A stretch of 64,000 nucleotides of DNA from Candidatus Campbellbacteria bacterium. Lineage in GTDB: Bacteria > Patescibacteriota > Minisyncoccia > Phycocordibacterales > UBA1006. The DNA lies in NCBI GenBank assembly GCA_002698305.1, contig NZWR01000005.1, positions 66,047 to 130,046 on the forward strand, in the 5' to 3' direction. Both the position numbers and the translations under genes were made by a program. The notes beneath the pieces are model-generated. The model saw only the letters and a program-made list of their open reading frames with translations. It made no database searches and was not told the origin of the DNA. Positions 47,806 through 57,633 of this stretch are shown here, piece after piece. Every line of letters begins with the position of its first letter. Position 1 is the first letter of the stretch.

Positions 47806-48732
47806 ATGTATGATCTTATAATTATTGGCGCAGGACCAGCAGGAACAGCTGCTGGTGTATATGCTGCGCGTAAACGTCTCAAAACCCTTTTAATAACTGA
47901 AGAATTTGGTGGTCAATCCGTTGTGTCTGACGTTATCTATAACTGGATCGGTGAGCCGGAAATCAAAGGAAGCGAGCTCGCTGAATCTTTTAAAAAACAT
48001 CTTGAATACTATGCTGACGATGATATCTTAACCCTTAAACCAAGACTTCGAGCAAATACAGTGGAAAAGAATGATGATGGCACATTTACCGTTATTGATT
48101 CTAACGACGAAACATACCAAACAAAAACAGTGTTTATCGCCACAGGATCAGTACGACGCAAACTTCCCGCTGCTGGTGCAGACGAACTTGAACACAAGGG
48201 TCTCACGTACTGTGCAAGCTGTGATGGGCCTCTTTTTACAGGAATGGATGTGATTGTCGTTGGAGGTGGAAATGCAGGTTTTGAATCTGCTGCGCAGCTT
48301 CTTGCGTATACCAAGTCAGTCACCCTTCTTCAACGTGGGGATGAATATAAGGCCGACCAAATTACCGTCGATAAGGTGTTAGCTCATCCGAACATGACTG
48401 GAATTTTGAATGCCAGTACCGTTGAGGTTCACGGCGATACATTTGTGAGCGGTCTTACTTATCTTGATCTTTCAACAAATGAGAAAAAGAAGCTCGACGC
48501 TCAAGGAATCTTTGTTGAAATTGGACAGGTTCCTAATAGCCACATCGTCCAGGAGCTTGTTGAACTTAATGACTTCAAACAAATCGTTGCTGACCCATAC
48601 ACCCAAAGAACATCAATTGTTGGTGTTTGGGCTGCGGGTGACGTAACAGACGTAAAGTATCACCAAAACAATATTTCTGCAGGTGATGCTGTAAAAGCCT
48701 TAGAAGATATTTATAAATACCTTCACACATAA
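47806..48732 (+). CDS. trxB: Thioredoxin reductase-family disulfide oxidoreductase
   Basis: GAGPAG, CASCDG, GGGNAG, AAGDVT. Confidence 0.85.
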   Translation: MYDLIIIGAGPAGTAAGVYAARKRLKTLLITEEFGGQSVVSDVIYNWIGEPEIKGSELAESFKKHLEYYADDDILTLKPRLRANTVEKNDDGTFTVIDSNDETYQTKTVFIATGSVRRKLPAAGADELEHKGLTYCASCDGPLFTGMDVIVVGGGNAGFESAAQLLAYTKSVTLLQRGDEYKADQITVDKVLAHPNMTGILNASTVEVHGDTFVSGLTYLDLSTNEKKKLDAQGIFVEIGQVPNSHIVQELVELNDFKQIVADPYTQRTSIVGVWAAGDVTDVKYHQNNISAGDAVKALEDIYKYLHT

Positions 48733-48757
48733 AAAATACTCACATAGTGAGTATTTT

Positions 48758-49501
48758 TTATAGGTAATTATGCAGAAATGCTAACTGCTCCTTGGTATTC
48801 GCACCAAGTGATTCTTCTTCAGGTATATCAATTGATGAAATTTCATGCTGTTGATCAAATGCTATCTGAACAAGATCAGTCAAATAGTATTCACCTTGAT
48901 TGTTATCATTTTTAAGTGCCCGCAATGATTGCAGCATCCATTTTTTATCACAACAGAAGATTGCAGGATTAACTTCTCGAATACCAAGCTCAGTATCAGT
49001 AGCATCCTTTGCTTCTACAATTTTTTCTATTTTTCCATCAGCTCCACGTGCGATTCTTCCAAATCCAGAGAAATGTCGCGTGAACAAATCCTCATCGCGT
49101 ATTGTAGCTGTAGCAATAGTAATTGGAGAAATAGTATCTTCATTTGCCTGGGCAAGGCGTTCAATTGTCTCCTGTGAGACAAATGGCATATCAGCATAGA
49201 GAATAATAACGCGGTCAGTCTGCTCTTTTAATTTATCCTCTGCACACATTACGGCGTGCCCAGTACCTTTTTGTTCATCCTGATGCGCATAGGTTACAGC
49301 GTCGCCGAGTGCCTCTATAATCAGCTCTTTTTTGTATCCTACAACAACTACGGGTGGTTTGCTGTATTCGATACTATCGAGAGTAGTGATAACACTTTCA
49401 AGCATGGTCGTCTCCCCTAGTCGCGTCATTGCTTTTGGCAGGTCACTTTCCATACGTGTCCCCTTTCCTGCTGCTAAAATTATGATTTGTGTTTGTTCCA
49501 T
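48758..49501 (-). CDS. GlmU N-terminal-like nucleotidyltransferase (no acetyltransferase domain)
   Basis: ILAAGKGTRM.S.LPK, QKGTGHAV, YADMP, GFGRI, IVEAKDA, QGEYYLTD; ends after about 247 aa. Confidence 0.85.
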   Translation of the reverse strand: MEQTQIIILAAGKGTRMESDLPKAMTRLGETTMLESVITTLDSIEYSKPPVVVVGYKKELIIEALGDAVTYAHQDEQKGTGHAVMCAEDKLKEQTDRVIILYADMPFVSQETIERLAQANEDTISPITIATATIRDEDLFTRHFSGFGRIARGADGKIEKIVEAKDATDTELGIREVNPAIFCCDKKWMLQSLRALKNDNNQGEYYLTDLVQIAFDQQHEISSIDIPEEESLGANTKEQLAFLHNYL

Positions 49502-49673
49502 AGATAATGAAAAGCACATTACGTGCTTCTGTGTGTAATTAAGTATAGAAAATAGACCATATACTGCAAGCAGATATCCCAAACAGAGCCACATATAGCA
49601 GTTGCATCAGATACTTAATATGCTATACTTTTTTTCGTTGCACACGCAACACTTTTCAATTTTATGTACATTT

Positions 49674-49745
49674 GGTCCCATCGTCTAATGGTTAGGACAT
49701 CAGGTTTTCATCCTGGAAATCGGGGTTCGACTCCCCGTGGGATCA
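49674..49745 (+). tRNA. tRNA-Glu(TTC)
   Basis: GGTCCCA/TGGGATC acceptor stem; anticodon loop TTTTCAT; GGTTCGACT T-loop; promoter TTGCAT-16-TATACT at 49602-49629. Confidence 0.95.
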
Positions 49746-49752
49746 CACATCC

Positions 49753-49794
49753 AACAAAAACGATAGTATTCTTGTGAATACTATCGTTTTTGTT
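49753..49794 (+). terminator. tRNA-Glu terminator
   Basis: 19-bp stem AACAAAAACGATAGTATTC/GAATACTATCGTTTTTGTT. Confidence 0.8.
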
Positions 49795-49936
49795 ATTTGA
49801 TTAAGGCTTTAACGTATGATTTTTTGCCTGCTAGTACTTGCAACTAATCATAAATCAATTATGATATAGATATCTAGGGGTTAGAAAAACCGCTAGGGTA
49901 CTACATCCAAGAGTCGCCTCCATTAGGGGGCGACTT

Positions 49937-50503
49937 TTATTTATTCTTTTGATTTCTAAAATTTAACTTTTTACCCCAAATATCTTCTTGTATCTTCAAC
50001 ACATCTCTGTATCCATGGCCGCCAGTTCTTAATTCTGATGAAATATTATTTTCTGATGAATAAATAAAAACCTTTTTACCCCCGTTTTTAAGGTAATTTA
50101 CAAGTGCTAGGTAATCAGAATCACCTGTAAATAATAACGCTGTATCAAATTGATCCTTCGTATGCATAACATCAAGAGTAAGTTCAACATCCATATCTCC
50201 TTTCTCTTTGATACCAATCCCCTCATCGGTCAATATTTTAATTTGTTTTAATGGCTTTTTTCTTACCACAAAGTTAAGACCTTTTTTAAGATAGGTATAG
50301 AATGAATGTTTTGATGAAACATCGTAATCACGGGTACCATCTTTAGGGTATGCTGTATAGTAATATGCTTTAATGGTATCAGCAGCATGCTCCCTTTTCA
50401 AAAAAGAGATCAATTTTTTATAGTCAAAAAGCATTCCTTTTGCTTGCTGAGCATTCCAAATATTTGATGCATCTATAAAAACATGTACAACGTTGCTCTT
50501 CAT
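49937..50503 (-). CDS. NYN (LabA/DUF88, PIN-like) domain nuclease
   Basis: FIDASN, EKGDMDVEL.LD, TGDSDY. Confidence 0.9.
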   Translation of the reverse strand: MKSNVVHVFIDASNIWNAQQAKGMLFDYKKLISFLKREHAADTIKAYYYTAYPKDGTRDYDVSSKHSFYTYLKKGLNFVVRKKPLKQIKILTDEGIGIKEKGDMDVELTLDVMHTKDQFDTALLFTGDSDYLALVNYLKNGGKKVFIYSSENNISSELRTGGHGYRDVLKIQEDIWGKKLNFRNQKNK

Positions 50504-50541
50504 GCTATTAAGTATATCAAAAAAACTATCTGCAGATAGTT

Positions 50542-53500
50542 TTACTCACTTTCTATATCCCAGACCTCATCGATCTCCTTCATGATGCGGTCGGTATGTG
50601 TCAGTGCATGGATAATTTTATGATAATGCTCGATATCATCAAAACTTAGAGTCCTGTCACGGCGATCTTTGAGCCATTTTTGCGCTGGCTGATAGCCACC
50701 AATATAGAACTCCCATGCCAATTCCGGAACGCCATCAAAATATTGCAGATCGTTAATCCACACTCTCCCGGTTTTATTCTCAATATCAGTCAGTTCAAAC
50801 CCAATACTATTCTTGGTTAAACGGCGTGTAATTTTGTTATCACTTTCTGCATCGCCTGACACAGGATAGCTTGTAATATAATCACTGCGTGAAATATTCT
50901 CAAGAAGATGTAACTGACGAAGCTCAGTTCCTTTTTTAACTAATTCCCAGAATAATTCTTTGGATTCTGGGTATGGTACTCGCGGGAAATCTATCTTCAA
51001 AAATTCTTGATATTTATCTCTATATGATGGGCTGTGTAGCACTGCATAAATATAATCCAAGATATCTTCAGGCGCGGTATCTCCTGTAATTTTACCAATA
51101 TCATCCCAAATTTGCTGGTCAAGATTAGGTACCTTGGTGCCGTCGTTATGATAAAGATAAAGAGGAAATACAGAAGTCGAATCTCCAGCTGAATCTAAAA
51201 CATGAAAATCAGATAATATTTTTGTAATATAAAAATATCCTAAGCTTTGCTGTCTATTAATTCTTGTTGTAATCAATGCGAGATTCTCTTTTTGCACAAA
51301 ATGCTGCATCACATTTTCGCGAAGCCTCCATATTACCTTTGAATCATAATAGAGATATTTATCATCAAATGGTCTATAGGAAACCTTTTGAATGAGATTT
51401 TTATCAACATCAACCTCATCAATATTTTCTAGTAGCCACTTTCCGTAATTTTTTCCAAGGTTGTATTCATTTTTGAATTCAGGCTCTGATGGTTTATTTT
51501 CTTGTACTTTTCTTAATCGTTCATTAATTTCTTCTTTGGTATCAGCAATTGCAAAGCCGTCTCCCATAGTTACAATTCCTGTAACATTAGTTGTAAATAG
51601 CTCTTGTACACCAAAAAATTTTTGATATGCACGCTCTGCCTGATAATCAAATGTATGGAAATAGTAGGCACTTCCTTCTGGATGTACCTCCTCCCAATTC
51701 ATGCTTTGCCAATCGCTGGTATCAAGCTGATGATATTTATCGGCACGTTTTCCATAGAGGTCAGCCCGAAATACGCGACCCAGCTCGTTATCCTGCTTTT
51801 CTCCTGTTTTAATTCCAAAAAAAATACTTACTCCTGTTTTAATGTCAAAAATATTTTCATCTTTTCCGCCGTTTGGCGTGGTTTCTTTTTTATTCGCATT
51901 ACCGTGTAAATCCAATACATAAATCTCATCAAAGGTTTTTAATAAATGCCAGCGCATGCCACGGAATGTTGGATTATCAAGATAACCGTGTGAAGTAATG
52001 TAGTTTACAATTCCTTTTCCAGTATTAGCAATCTGTGATTCTGCTAGTGATATAAATTTAACATAATCATCATTTAACCAATGTTTTCGTTCTTGTAATT
52101 TTTGTTTAGCTCCTGGTTCGATTTTATATTTATTAACAAGTTCTTTTGCAAAATCAGTTTCGTTCGAACTTACTCCACTGTATGGAGGATTTCCCATCAC
52201 AACCATAATTGGCAGTTCTGATTTGATTCGGCCCGCCTCAGCTGCCTCTTCAGTCAACCAGCGGCTCATCAGTATTTCAAGAGGTCGTTGTTTGTCATTT
52301 GCAGCCTCAAGACTGTTTGTAAGCCAGACTGATAATCGGTCATTTCCCGCATAACCAAACTCGCGCAAGGTAATTCCTAATTTCATATGGGCCATAGTGT
52401 ACGATGCCATCATCAGTTCAAATCCATGGAGTCGTGGTAGAAGATGCTTGCTAACATAACTATTCCATGCCCCTGCATCATTTTTGTAGTCATTATGGAT
52501 ATGACGAATAACCTCATTAAGAAATGTTCCTGTCCCTGTTGCTGGATCAAGAATCTGAACCTGGTGGATATCGCGCTTTGCTTTTTTAATACCGTCTTTA
52601 GTACGATTGTCTTCCATATCGGTCGCAAATTCATGTGAAATTTTATTCCTACCAGCTAATCCATCTGTAAGATTAAATTTATCTTTCAAGATCTGGTCAA
52701 CACTACGCACCATGAATGAGACAACCGGTTCAGGGGTATAGTACACACCACGTGAAGCCCGTAATTTTTGATCATATTCTGCAAGGAATGTTTCGTAAAA
52801 ATGAAGAACCGGATCTTTTTTCTTTTTCTCAAACTCTTGGTGCATGATTTTTTTCACATCGGTTGCTAGATATGCTTCTATCAGAGAATCTACCATCCAC
52901 GCAATCTTGTTATCATAATCTGTTCCTGCAACATGACCAAAGAATTTCTTGAGTAATGGATTGGTTGAAGGCAACAAATCGTGAGCCTCATACCGTGAAA
53001 AATTATGGAGGCTTTCATCGAAATAACGTGCTACAAATAGACCATACACCAAAGTTTGTGCATACATATCTGCAAAATCCTCATAGGAAAGATCATGAAT
53101 TAAAACTTCTTTAAAAGCACCATATTGTTGAGCAATGGTTGATTTTTTATTTTCTGTAAGAGATGCTAATGCGTTAGCACGCAACAGCTGTCCTTTTGCA
53201 GCCATAATTTCTGCTAAACGTTTAGCTGATTTAATCGTCTGAGGAGTAGATTTAAGGTAGTCCTTAATCAAAAGAAGTTTTGATGCTACAACATCCTCAT
53301 TATATTGCCTAAACCTGTTGTCCTTAAAATCTATAAGAGAAAATTCTGATACGAGACCTGTTTCATTAATGATTTGAAATTCATGGTAATTTGTTAGAAG
53401 AATTTTTCCAAATGCATCAACATAGCGTTGTGCTTGCGATTGAACTTTTTTATCATTAAGATCTACTGTAATATCCTTACATTCAGCGTAGGCTATTGGT

Positions 53501-53691
53501 ACACCACTCTTCTTAAAAAGAAAGTCTGGCGCATTTCCTCCGGTATAAGCAGGTTCATTAATAACCTCGATTTCATCTGATAATGATTCAACAAGCATTT
53601 GAAATGCAGATCTATAGGCATGCTCACGAGCATTTCCTGAATTATGAAGTGATTGTATAGATAAGAAGTAATCCTGAATATTTGCTTTCAT
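50542..53691 (-). CDS. Single-chain restriction-modification enzyme (Type IIG/ISP-like: PD-(D/E)xK nuclease, N6-adenine MTase, specificity domain)
   Basis: APDF...AECK nuclease motif; GVYYTP; motif I DPATGTGTF; motif IV GNPPY; YRPFD and IGGYQ..KWLKDR at the C-terminus; no helicase motifs seen. Confidence 0.88.
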   Translation of the reverse strand: MKANIQDYFLSIQSLHNSGNAREHAYRSAFQMLVESLSDEIEVINEPAYTGGNAPDFLFKKSGVPIAYAECKDITVDLNDKKVQSQAQRYVDAFGKILLTNYHEFQIINETGLVSEFSLIDFKDNRFRQYNEDVVASKLLLIKDYLKSTPQTIKSAKRLAEIMAAKGQLLRANALASLTENKKSTIAQQYGAFKEVLIHDLSYEDFADMYAQTLVYGLFVARYFDESLHNFSRYEAHDLLPSTNPLLKKFFGHVAGTDYDNKIAWMVDSLIEAYLATDVKKIMHQEFEKKKKDPVLHFYETFLAEYDQKLRASRGVYYTPEPVVSFMVRSVDQILKDKFNLTDGLAGRNKISHEFATDMEDNRTKDGIKKAKRDIHQVQILDPATGTGTFLNEVIRHIHNDYKNDAGAWNSYVSKHLLPRLHGFELMMASYTMAHMKLGITLREFGYAGNDRLSVWLTNSLEAANDKQRPLEILMSRWLTEEAAEAGRIKSELPIMVVMGNPPYSGVSSNETDFAKELVNKYKIEPGAKQKLQERKHWLNDDYVKFISLAESQIANTGKGIVNYITSHGYLDNPTFRGMRWHLLKTFDEIYVLDLHGNANKKETTPNGGKDENIFDIKTGVSIFFGIKTGEKQDNELGRVFRADLYGKRADKYHQLDTSDWQSMNWEEVHPEGSAYYFHTFDYQAERAYQKFFGVQELFTTNVTGIVTMGDGFAIADTKEEINERLRKVQENKPSEPEFKNEYNLGKNYGKWLLENIDEVDVDKNLIQKVSYRPFDDKYLYYDSKVIWRLRENVMQHFVQKENLALITTRINRQQSLGYFYITKILSDFHVLDSAGDSTSVFPLYLYHNDGTKVPNLDQQIWDDIGKITGDTAPEDILDYIYAVLHSPSYRDKYQEFLKIDFPRVPYPESKELFWELVKKGTELRQLHLLENISRSDYITSYPVSGDAESDNKITRRLTKNSIGFELTDIENKTGRVWINDLQYFDGVPELAWEFYIGGYQPAQKWLKDRRDRTLSFDDIEHYHKIIHALTHTDRIMKEIDEVWDIESE

Positions 53692-53699
53692 ACTATTAA

Positions 53700-54623
53700 T
53701 TATAGCGTACCTTCAATAAACTCTCGAATTCCCTTCATACTGCAGTCAAATTTATCAATAACACATGGTATACCGTCAATATAGGCAATTTTTTGTACTG
53801 GTTCTGCGATACCGATAGCATAGGCAAGCTCGACGCGGACTTCGTTCGCTGCGTGTTCTTTGAGAAGTTTTTGAGCTATGGCGCGAGCATAACGAGCACC
53901 GCTTCGATCAACCTTGGTCCAATCTTTTCCAGAAAATGCACCGCCCCCAACAGGAACTCGCGGACCATACTGATCAATAACTATTTTACGACCAGTCAGC
54001 CCTGTGTCAGCTTCGAATCCACCAATCGACCACTCGCCTGCTGGATTCAATAAAAAACGGCAATCGCTAGCAATTTTAAAATTATGCACTGTTAACCATT
54101 TCTGAACATGTTTTTCTAAATCCTTGGTTTTTGAAAGCTGGAAGCTTGCAACTATATGAGTAATAACGAAATTACTATCTATTGTTATCTGCGTTTTTCC
54201 ATCAGTTTTATAAATAGCATATAAAAAATCACATAACGATTTAGCTAGATAGAGCTCCTCGGGAATCATCTCATCATTATCATTGCATGCATAGCCTATA
54301 ACGATACCTTGATCCCCTGCACCCCCTGCGTCGACACCATGGGCTATTTCTGGTGATTGCTCTCTAGTGTGAACAGCCACCTTGTATGTATCACTACCAG
54401 TAACACCAGCAACTATTTGTTCATATTCTTTATGTGTAAGGTTTCCCGTACTAGTGATTTCACCAACGATAAAAATGCTTCCATGACCACCTAATGTCTC
54501 AACCGCAACACGGCTGTTGGGATCTTGGTATATAAATGCATCTAATATTGCATCAGAGATACGGTCGCACATTTTGTCTGGGTGTTTTGGTGATACGTAC
54601 TCTGCGGTATATGTTTGTTTCAT
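53700..54623 (-). CDS. metK: S-adenosylmethionine synthetase (short form)
   Basis: EYVSPKHPDK.CD.ISD, QSPEI, GAGDQG, DTGLTGRK, GGGAFSGKD.TKVDRS, YAIG. Confidence 0.92.
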   Translation of the reverse strand: MKQTYTAEYVSPKHPDKMCDRISDAILDAFIYQDPNSRVAVETLGGHGSIFIVGEITSTGNLTHKEYEQIVAGVTGSDTYKVAVHTREQSPEIAHGVDAGGAGDQGIVIGYACNDNDEMIPEELYLAKSLCDFLYAIYKTDGKTQITIDSNFVITHIVASFQLSKTKDLEKHVQKWLTVHNFKIASDCRFLLNPAGEWSIGGFEADTGLTGRKIVIDQYGPRVPVGGGAFSGKDWTKVDRSGARYARAIAQKLLKEHAANEVRVELAYAIGIAEPVQKIAYIDGIPCVIDKFDCSMKGIREFIEGTL

Positions 54624-54630
54624 AAAAATA

Positions 54631-54772
54631 AAAGTATATTAATTGATTAATATACTTTCATCGATTCTCTCTGAGTTTGGGTCATCAGCTGTAAATGGAG
54701 CACCGTAGAATTGCTTCTCGGTTGCTGGTAGGTCATAGAGTTACATCTCTCGCTACACTCTCGATGAAAGTA
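54631..54772 (-). promoter_or_regulatory. SAM-I riboswitch with downstream hairpin
   Basis: Minus strand UUCAUCGAGAG...GAGAGA...AUGA...GCAACC...GGUGCU...GAUGAA; pseudoknot UGUAA/UUACA; 12-bp hairpin 54631-54658 followed by a U-run; directly upstream of metK. Confidence 0.88.
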
Positions 54773-54819
54773 TTATTAGTATATACCAAAATAAAAAACG
54801 CTGTAGCGTTTTTTATTTA

Positions 54820-56052
54820 TTAATAACTTTTATTGCTTCGTGATGAATTATAATCTGTTGCTTGTTGTACTGTAGCAACAGGAATAAAAATCATGGTACC
54901 AGTTTCAAATTTCAGGTTAAGCTGTCCATCATTATCAATAGAGTAATTCTCAATCTTTGATAGTAATGCTATATATTCACTCTCAAAAGTTTCGCCTGGG
55001 CAGGCCATCTTTGTAGACAGAAGTGCACCAAAGTCTAAATCATTTCCATCAACCATATAAGCACCCCCTATGGTATTACAATCTGTTTGGGAACTAAATT
55101 GACCAGCATTACTGAAGGTTGCGATAAATGCATCTGAATCTAATGTGACATCATCTTGGTTATCATACTCTATCGTCGTCAACATCCATGCAGAACTTGC
55201 TAGCGGCCCTACCGTTTCGATAACATCTTGAGCTGCACCTTCTGTCGGAATAGCATCGCCATCTGAATCATCATCTAAGGCCTCTGGATCACCTTGACCT
55301 ACGACAATTTCAATACCCGGAATTGGGTCACCCGGAGAGCATCGAGAGCTATCGTCGCTATCATCACAATCATTATCTACATTGTCTGACTGAAAATCAT
55401 ATTTGTTTGCGCTCGGATCTCCTTGTTTATTTGATTTTAAAACCTCAACACGTCGGTACGCGTATGCACCGGCATCAGCAGGTACATTTTCTTTTGCTGT
55501 TCGCTCTACCAAAATGGTGTACTCCACCCCCTCTTTAAAATCAAAACCTTCTATACTATCGTAGAAGAGCTCACCATTCACCACAAGGCATTTCATAGGT
55601 CCAACACCAACGCAGTCAGCTTTTTCCGCTGCAATGTCGAAGGTCAGTAATGTCGAATTTTCACTATTGGCATTTTGCGTCAGGCGTATCTCATTCACAT
55701 CTGCGATAACCTCACCGTTTTGTTCAATAATTGCCTCGTCGCCTTTTGCAAAAAACACAAAACTTTGATCTGCGTTTGCGTATCGTGTTCCTGATGCTGA
55801 TTCAGTTCGAGTAAGTTCATATGTCTCCCCTTTGTATTTAACGGTTGCCTGCTCTTGCCCTCGGTAGGTAATGCGACCTTCTTCACCTTGAGCTGTTGTA
55901 AAGATGGCTTCACGTGCTTGAACCTCTGTATGTACAGAACCTGCCAATGAATCTGTCTGCTGAAGAGCTTTGTATTTGATTGCAGCACCTACCGTAACTG
56001 CAGCCAAAATAAGAATAATAAATAATAATAACGTTTGTGTCTTATTGGTCAT
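54820..56052 (-). CDS. Membrane-anchored multidomain protein: MliC-like, DUF4377-like, Asp-rich linker, META domain
   Basis: SASGTRY (MliC); DCVGVGPMKCL..FYDSIEGF (DUF4377); DCNTIGGAY...STKMAC (META). Confidence 0.75.
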   Translation of the reverse strand: MTNKTQTLLLFIILILAAVTVGAAIKYKALQQTDSLAGSVHTEVQAREAIFTTAQGEEGRITYRGQEQATVKYKGETYELTRTESASGTRYANADQSFVFFAKGDEAIIEQNGEVIADVNEIRLTQNANSENSTLLTFDIAAEKADCVGVGPMKCLVVNGELFYDSIEGFDFKEGVEYTILVERTAKENVPADAGAYAYRRVEVLKSNKQGDPSANKYDFQSDNVDNDCDDSDDSSRCSPGDPIPGIEIVVGQGDPEALDDDSDGDAIPTEGAAQDVIETVGPLASSAWMLTTIEYDNQDDVTLDSDAFIATFSNAGQFSSQTDCNTIGGAYMVDGNDLDFGALLSTKMACPGETFESEYIALLSKIENYSIDNDGQLNLKFETGTMIFIPVATVQQATDYNSSRSNKSY

Positions 56053-56098
56053 ATGACTAAGTATAGCAAATAAAAACAAGCTACTAAACAGTAGATTG

Positions 56099-57538
56099 TT
56101 ATTTTTGTAATTCTTCGACAAATAAATCAGTTAAGATTTTTGGATTACCTGCTCCTTTTGTTTCTTTCATTCCCATACCCACAAAAAATTTCATAAGTGT
56201 TTCTTTCCCGTTTTTATATTCTTCAGCCTGGGTAGAGTTATCTGCAATAATCTTTTGTACTACCGGACGTAATGCTTCTGGATCATTATCTTGTATTAAT
56301 CCCTTTTCTTCAGCGAGCTCTTGTGGATTTCCACCGTGCTGAATCATGTGTGCAAGAATATCTTTTGCCCCACGTGAGCCGAGGTCTCCTGAATCAACCA
56401 TCGTTATCAGCTGAGCAAATAACTTCGTATCCAAAGTATTCCAGACATCAATCTTTTGATCCTTTAAATCGTCTGATTTTAGAATTCCAATAATATCTGA
56501 TGTTATGTAATTTGATGCCGCGGTGATTTTCTTGGCATCACCTGCTAATTCTTGCGCAGTGTTTTCAAAAAACTGAGCCATGTCAGGTTCATTAATATAT
56601 GATTCGATATCCTCGTCCTTTAACCCATACTTAGTCTTGAAACGCTTTCGTTTTGCATCAGCCAGTTCTGGTAACTCTTGTTTCATTTGATCAAGGTCAA
56701 ATATTTCATGAAGATAGAGTTTTGGTAAATCAGGTTCCGGGAAATAACGATAGTCTTTGGCATTTTCTTTTGATCGCTGTGACACAGTGATCTCTTTTTG
56801 ATCATCCCACCCTCGCGTTTCTTGGGTTAATGTTTCTCCGTTCTCAAGAGCGTTGATTTGTCGCTGTATTTCAAATGCAGCTGCTTTTCCTGCTGCAGAA
56901 ATCGAACCAATATTTTTAACCTCTGATTTAATTCCAAGTTCGTCAGTTTTTGAGACTGATAAGTTTACTTCAACCCGCATTTCTCCCTTTTCAATATTGG
57001 CATCTCCTGCGCCAAGATAGCGTAGGAGTAACTGTAACTCGCGAGCAAAAGCCATGACATCTTCTGGTGTATGAAGGACAGGTTTAGTAACCAATTCCAT
57101 CAATGGTGCTCCTGCCCGGTTATAGTCTATGAGGGTTTTATCTTCAAGGTGTTTTGATGTAGCAGTATCTTCCTCCAAGTGAATACGTTCAAGCTCAAAC
57201 CCAGCAAGGTTTCCACCTGAAACAATAGGGTATTTATACTGTGAAATTTGGTATCCTTTTGGGATATCAGGATAAAAATAGTTTTTACGATCAAACTCAG
57301 TAAAGTTTGCTATTTCACCACCAACAGCAAGTCCAATACGGACCATGTGCTCGACTGCCTTTTTATTGATGGTCGGAAGTGTTCCTGGGTGCGCCAAATC
57401 TACAGGTGAAATATTTTGATTTGGTTCTGCATGATGTGGATCATTGAGGGACTTGGAAAACATTTTTGTCTTTGTCTTCAGGTGAGCGTGAATTTCAAGT
57501 CCAATAGTTGCGGTATAGCCTTTCATATCGATATTCAT
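56099..57538 (-). CDS. gatB: Asp/Glu-tRNA amidotransferase subunit B
   Basis: IGLEIH, FDRKNYFYPD, RIHLEED, DYNRAG.PLME, DYRYFPEPDLP. Confidence 0.97.
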   Translation of the reverse strand: MNIDMKGYTATIGLEIHAHLKTKTKMFSKSLNDPHHAEPNQNISPVDLAHPGTLPTINKKAVEHMVRIGLAVGGEIANFTEFDRKNYFYPDIPKGYQISQYKYPIVSGGNLAGFELERIHLEEDTATSKHLEDKTLIDYNRAGAPLMELVTKPVLHTPEDVMAFARELQLLLRYLGAGDANIEKGEMRVEVNLSVSKTDELGIKSEVKNIGSISAAGKAAAFEIQRQINALENGETLTQETRGWDDQKEITVSQRSKENAKDYRYFPEPDLPKLYLHEIFDLDQMKQELPELADAKRKRFKTKYGLKDEDIESYINEPDMAQFFENTAQELAGDAKKITAASNYITSDIIGILKSDDLKDQKIDVWNTLDTKLFAQLITMVDSGDLGSRGAKDILAHMIQHGGNPQELAEEKGLIQDNDPEALRPVVQKIIADNSTQAEEYKNGKETLMKFFVGMGMKETKGAGNPKILTDLFVEELQK

Positions 57539-57633
57539 ATTCTTATTGTAATCAAGAAGAAGTAAAAAACAATAATATTTACAATATTAATATATATGAT
57601 ATTTTAAATGTAAATATTAACTAAAATTACTAT

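Noticed and set aside
49674..54800. tRNA-Glu-integrated island with att repeats
   Set aside because: I found no duplicate of the tRNA-Glu 3' end and no integrase nearby.
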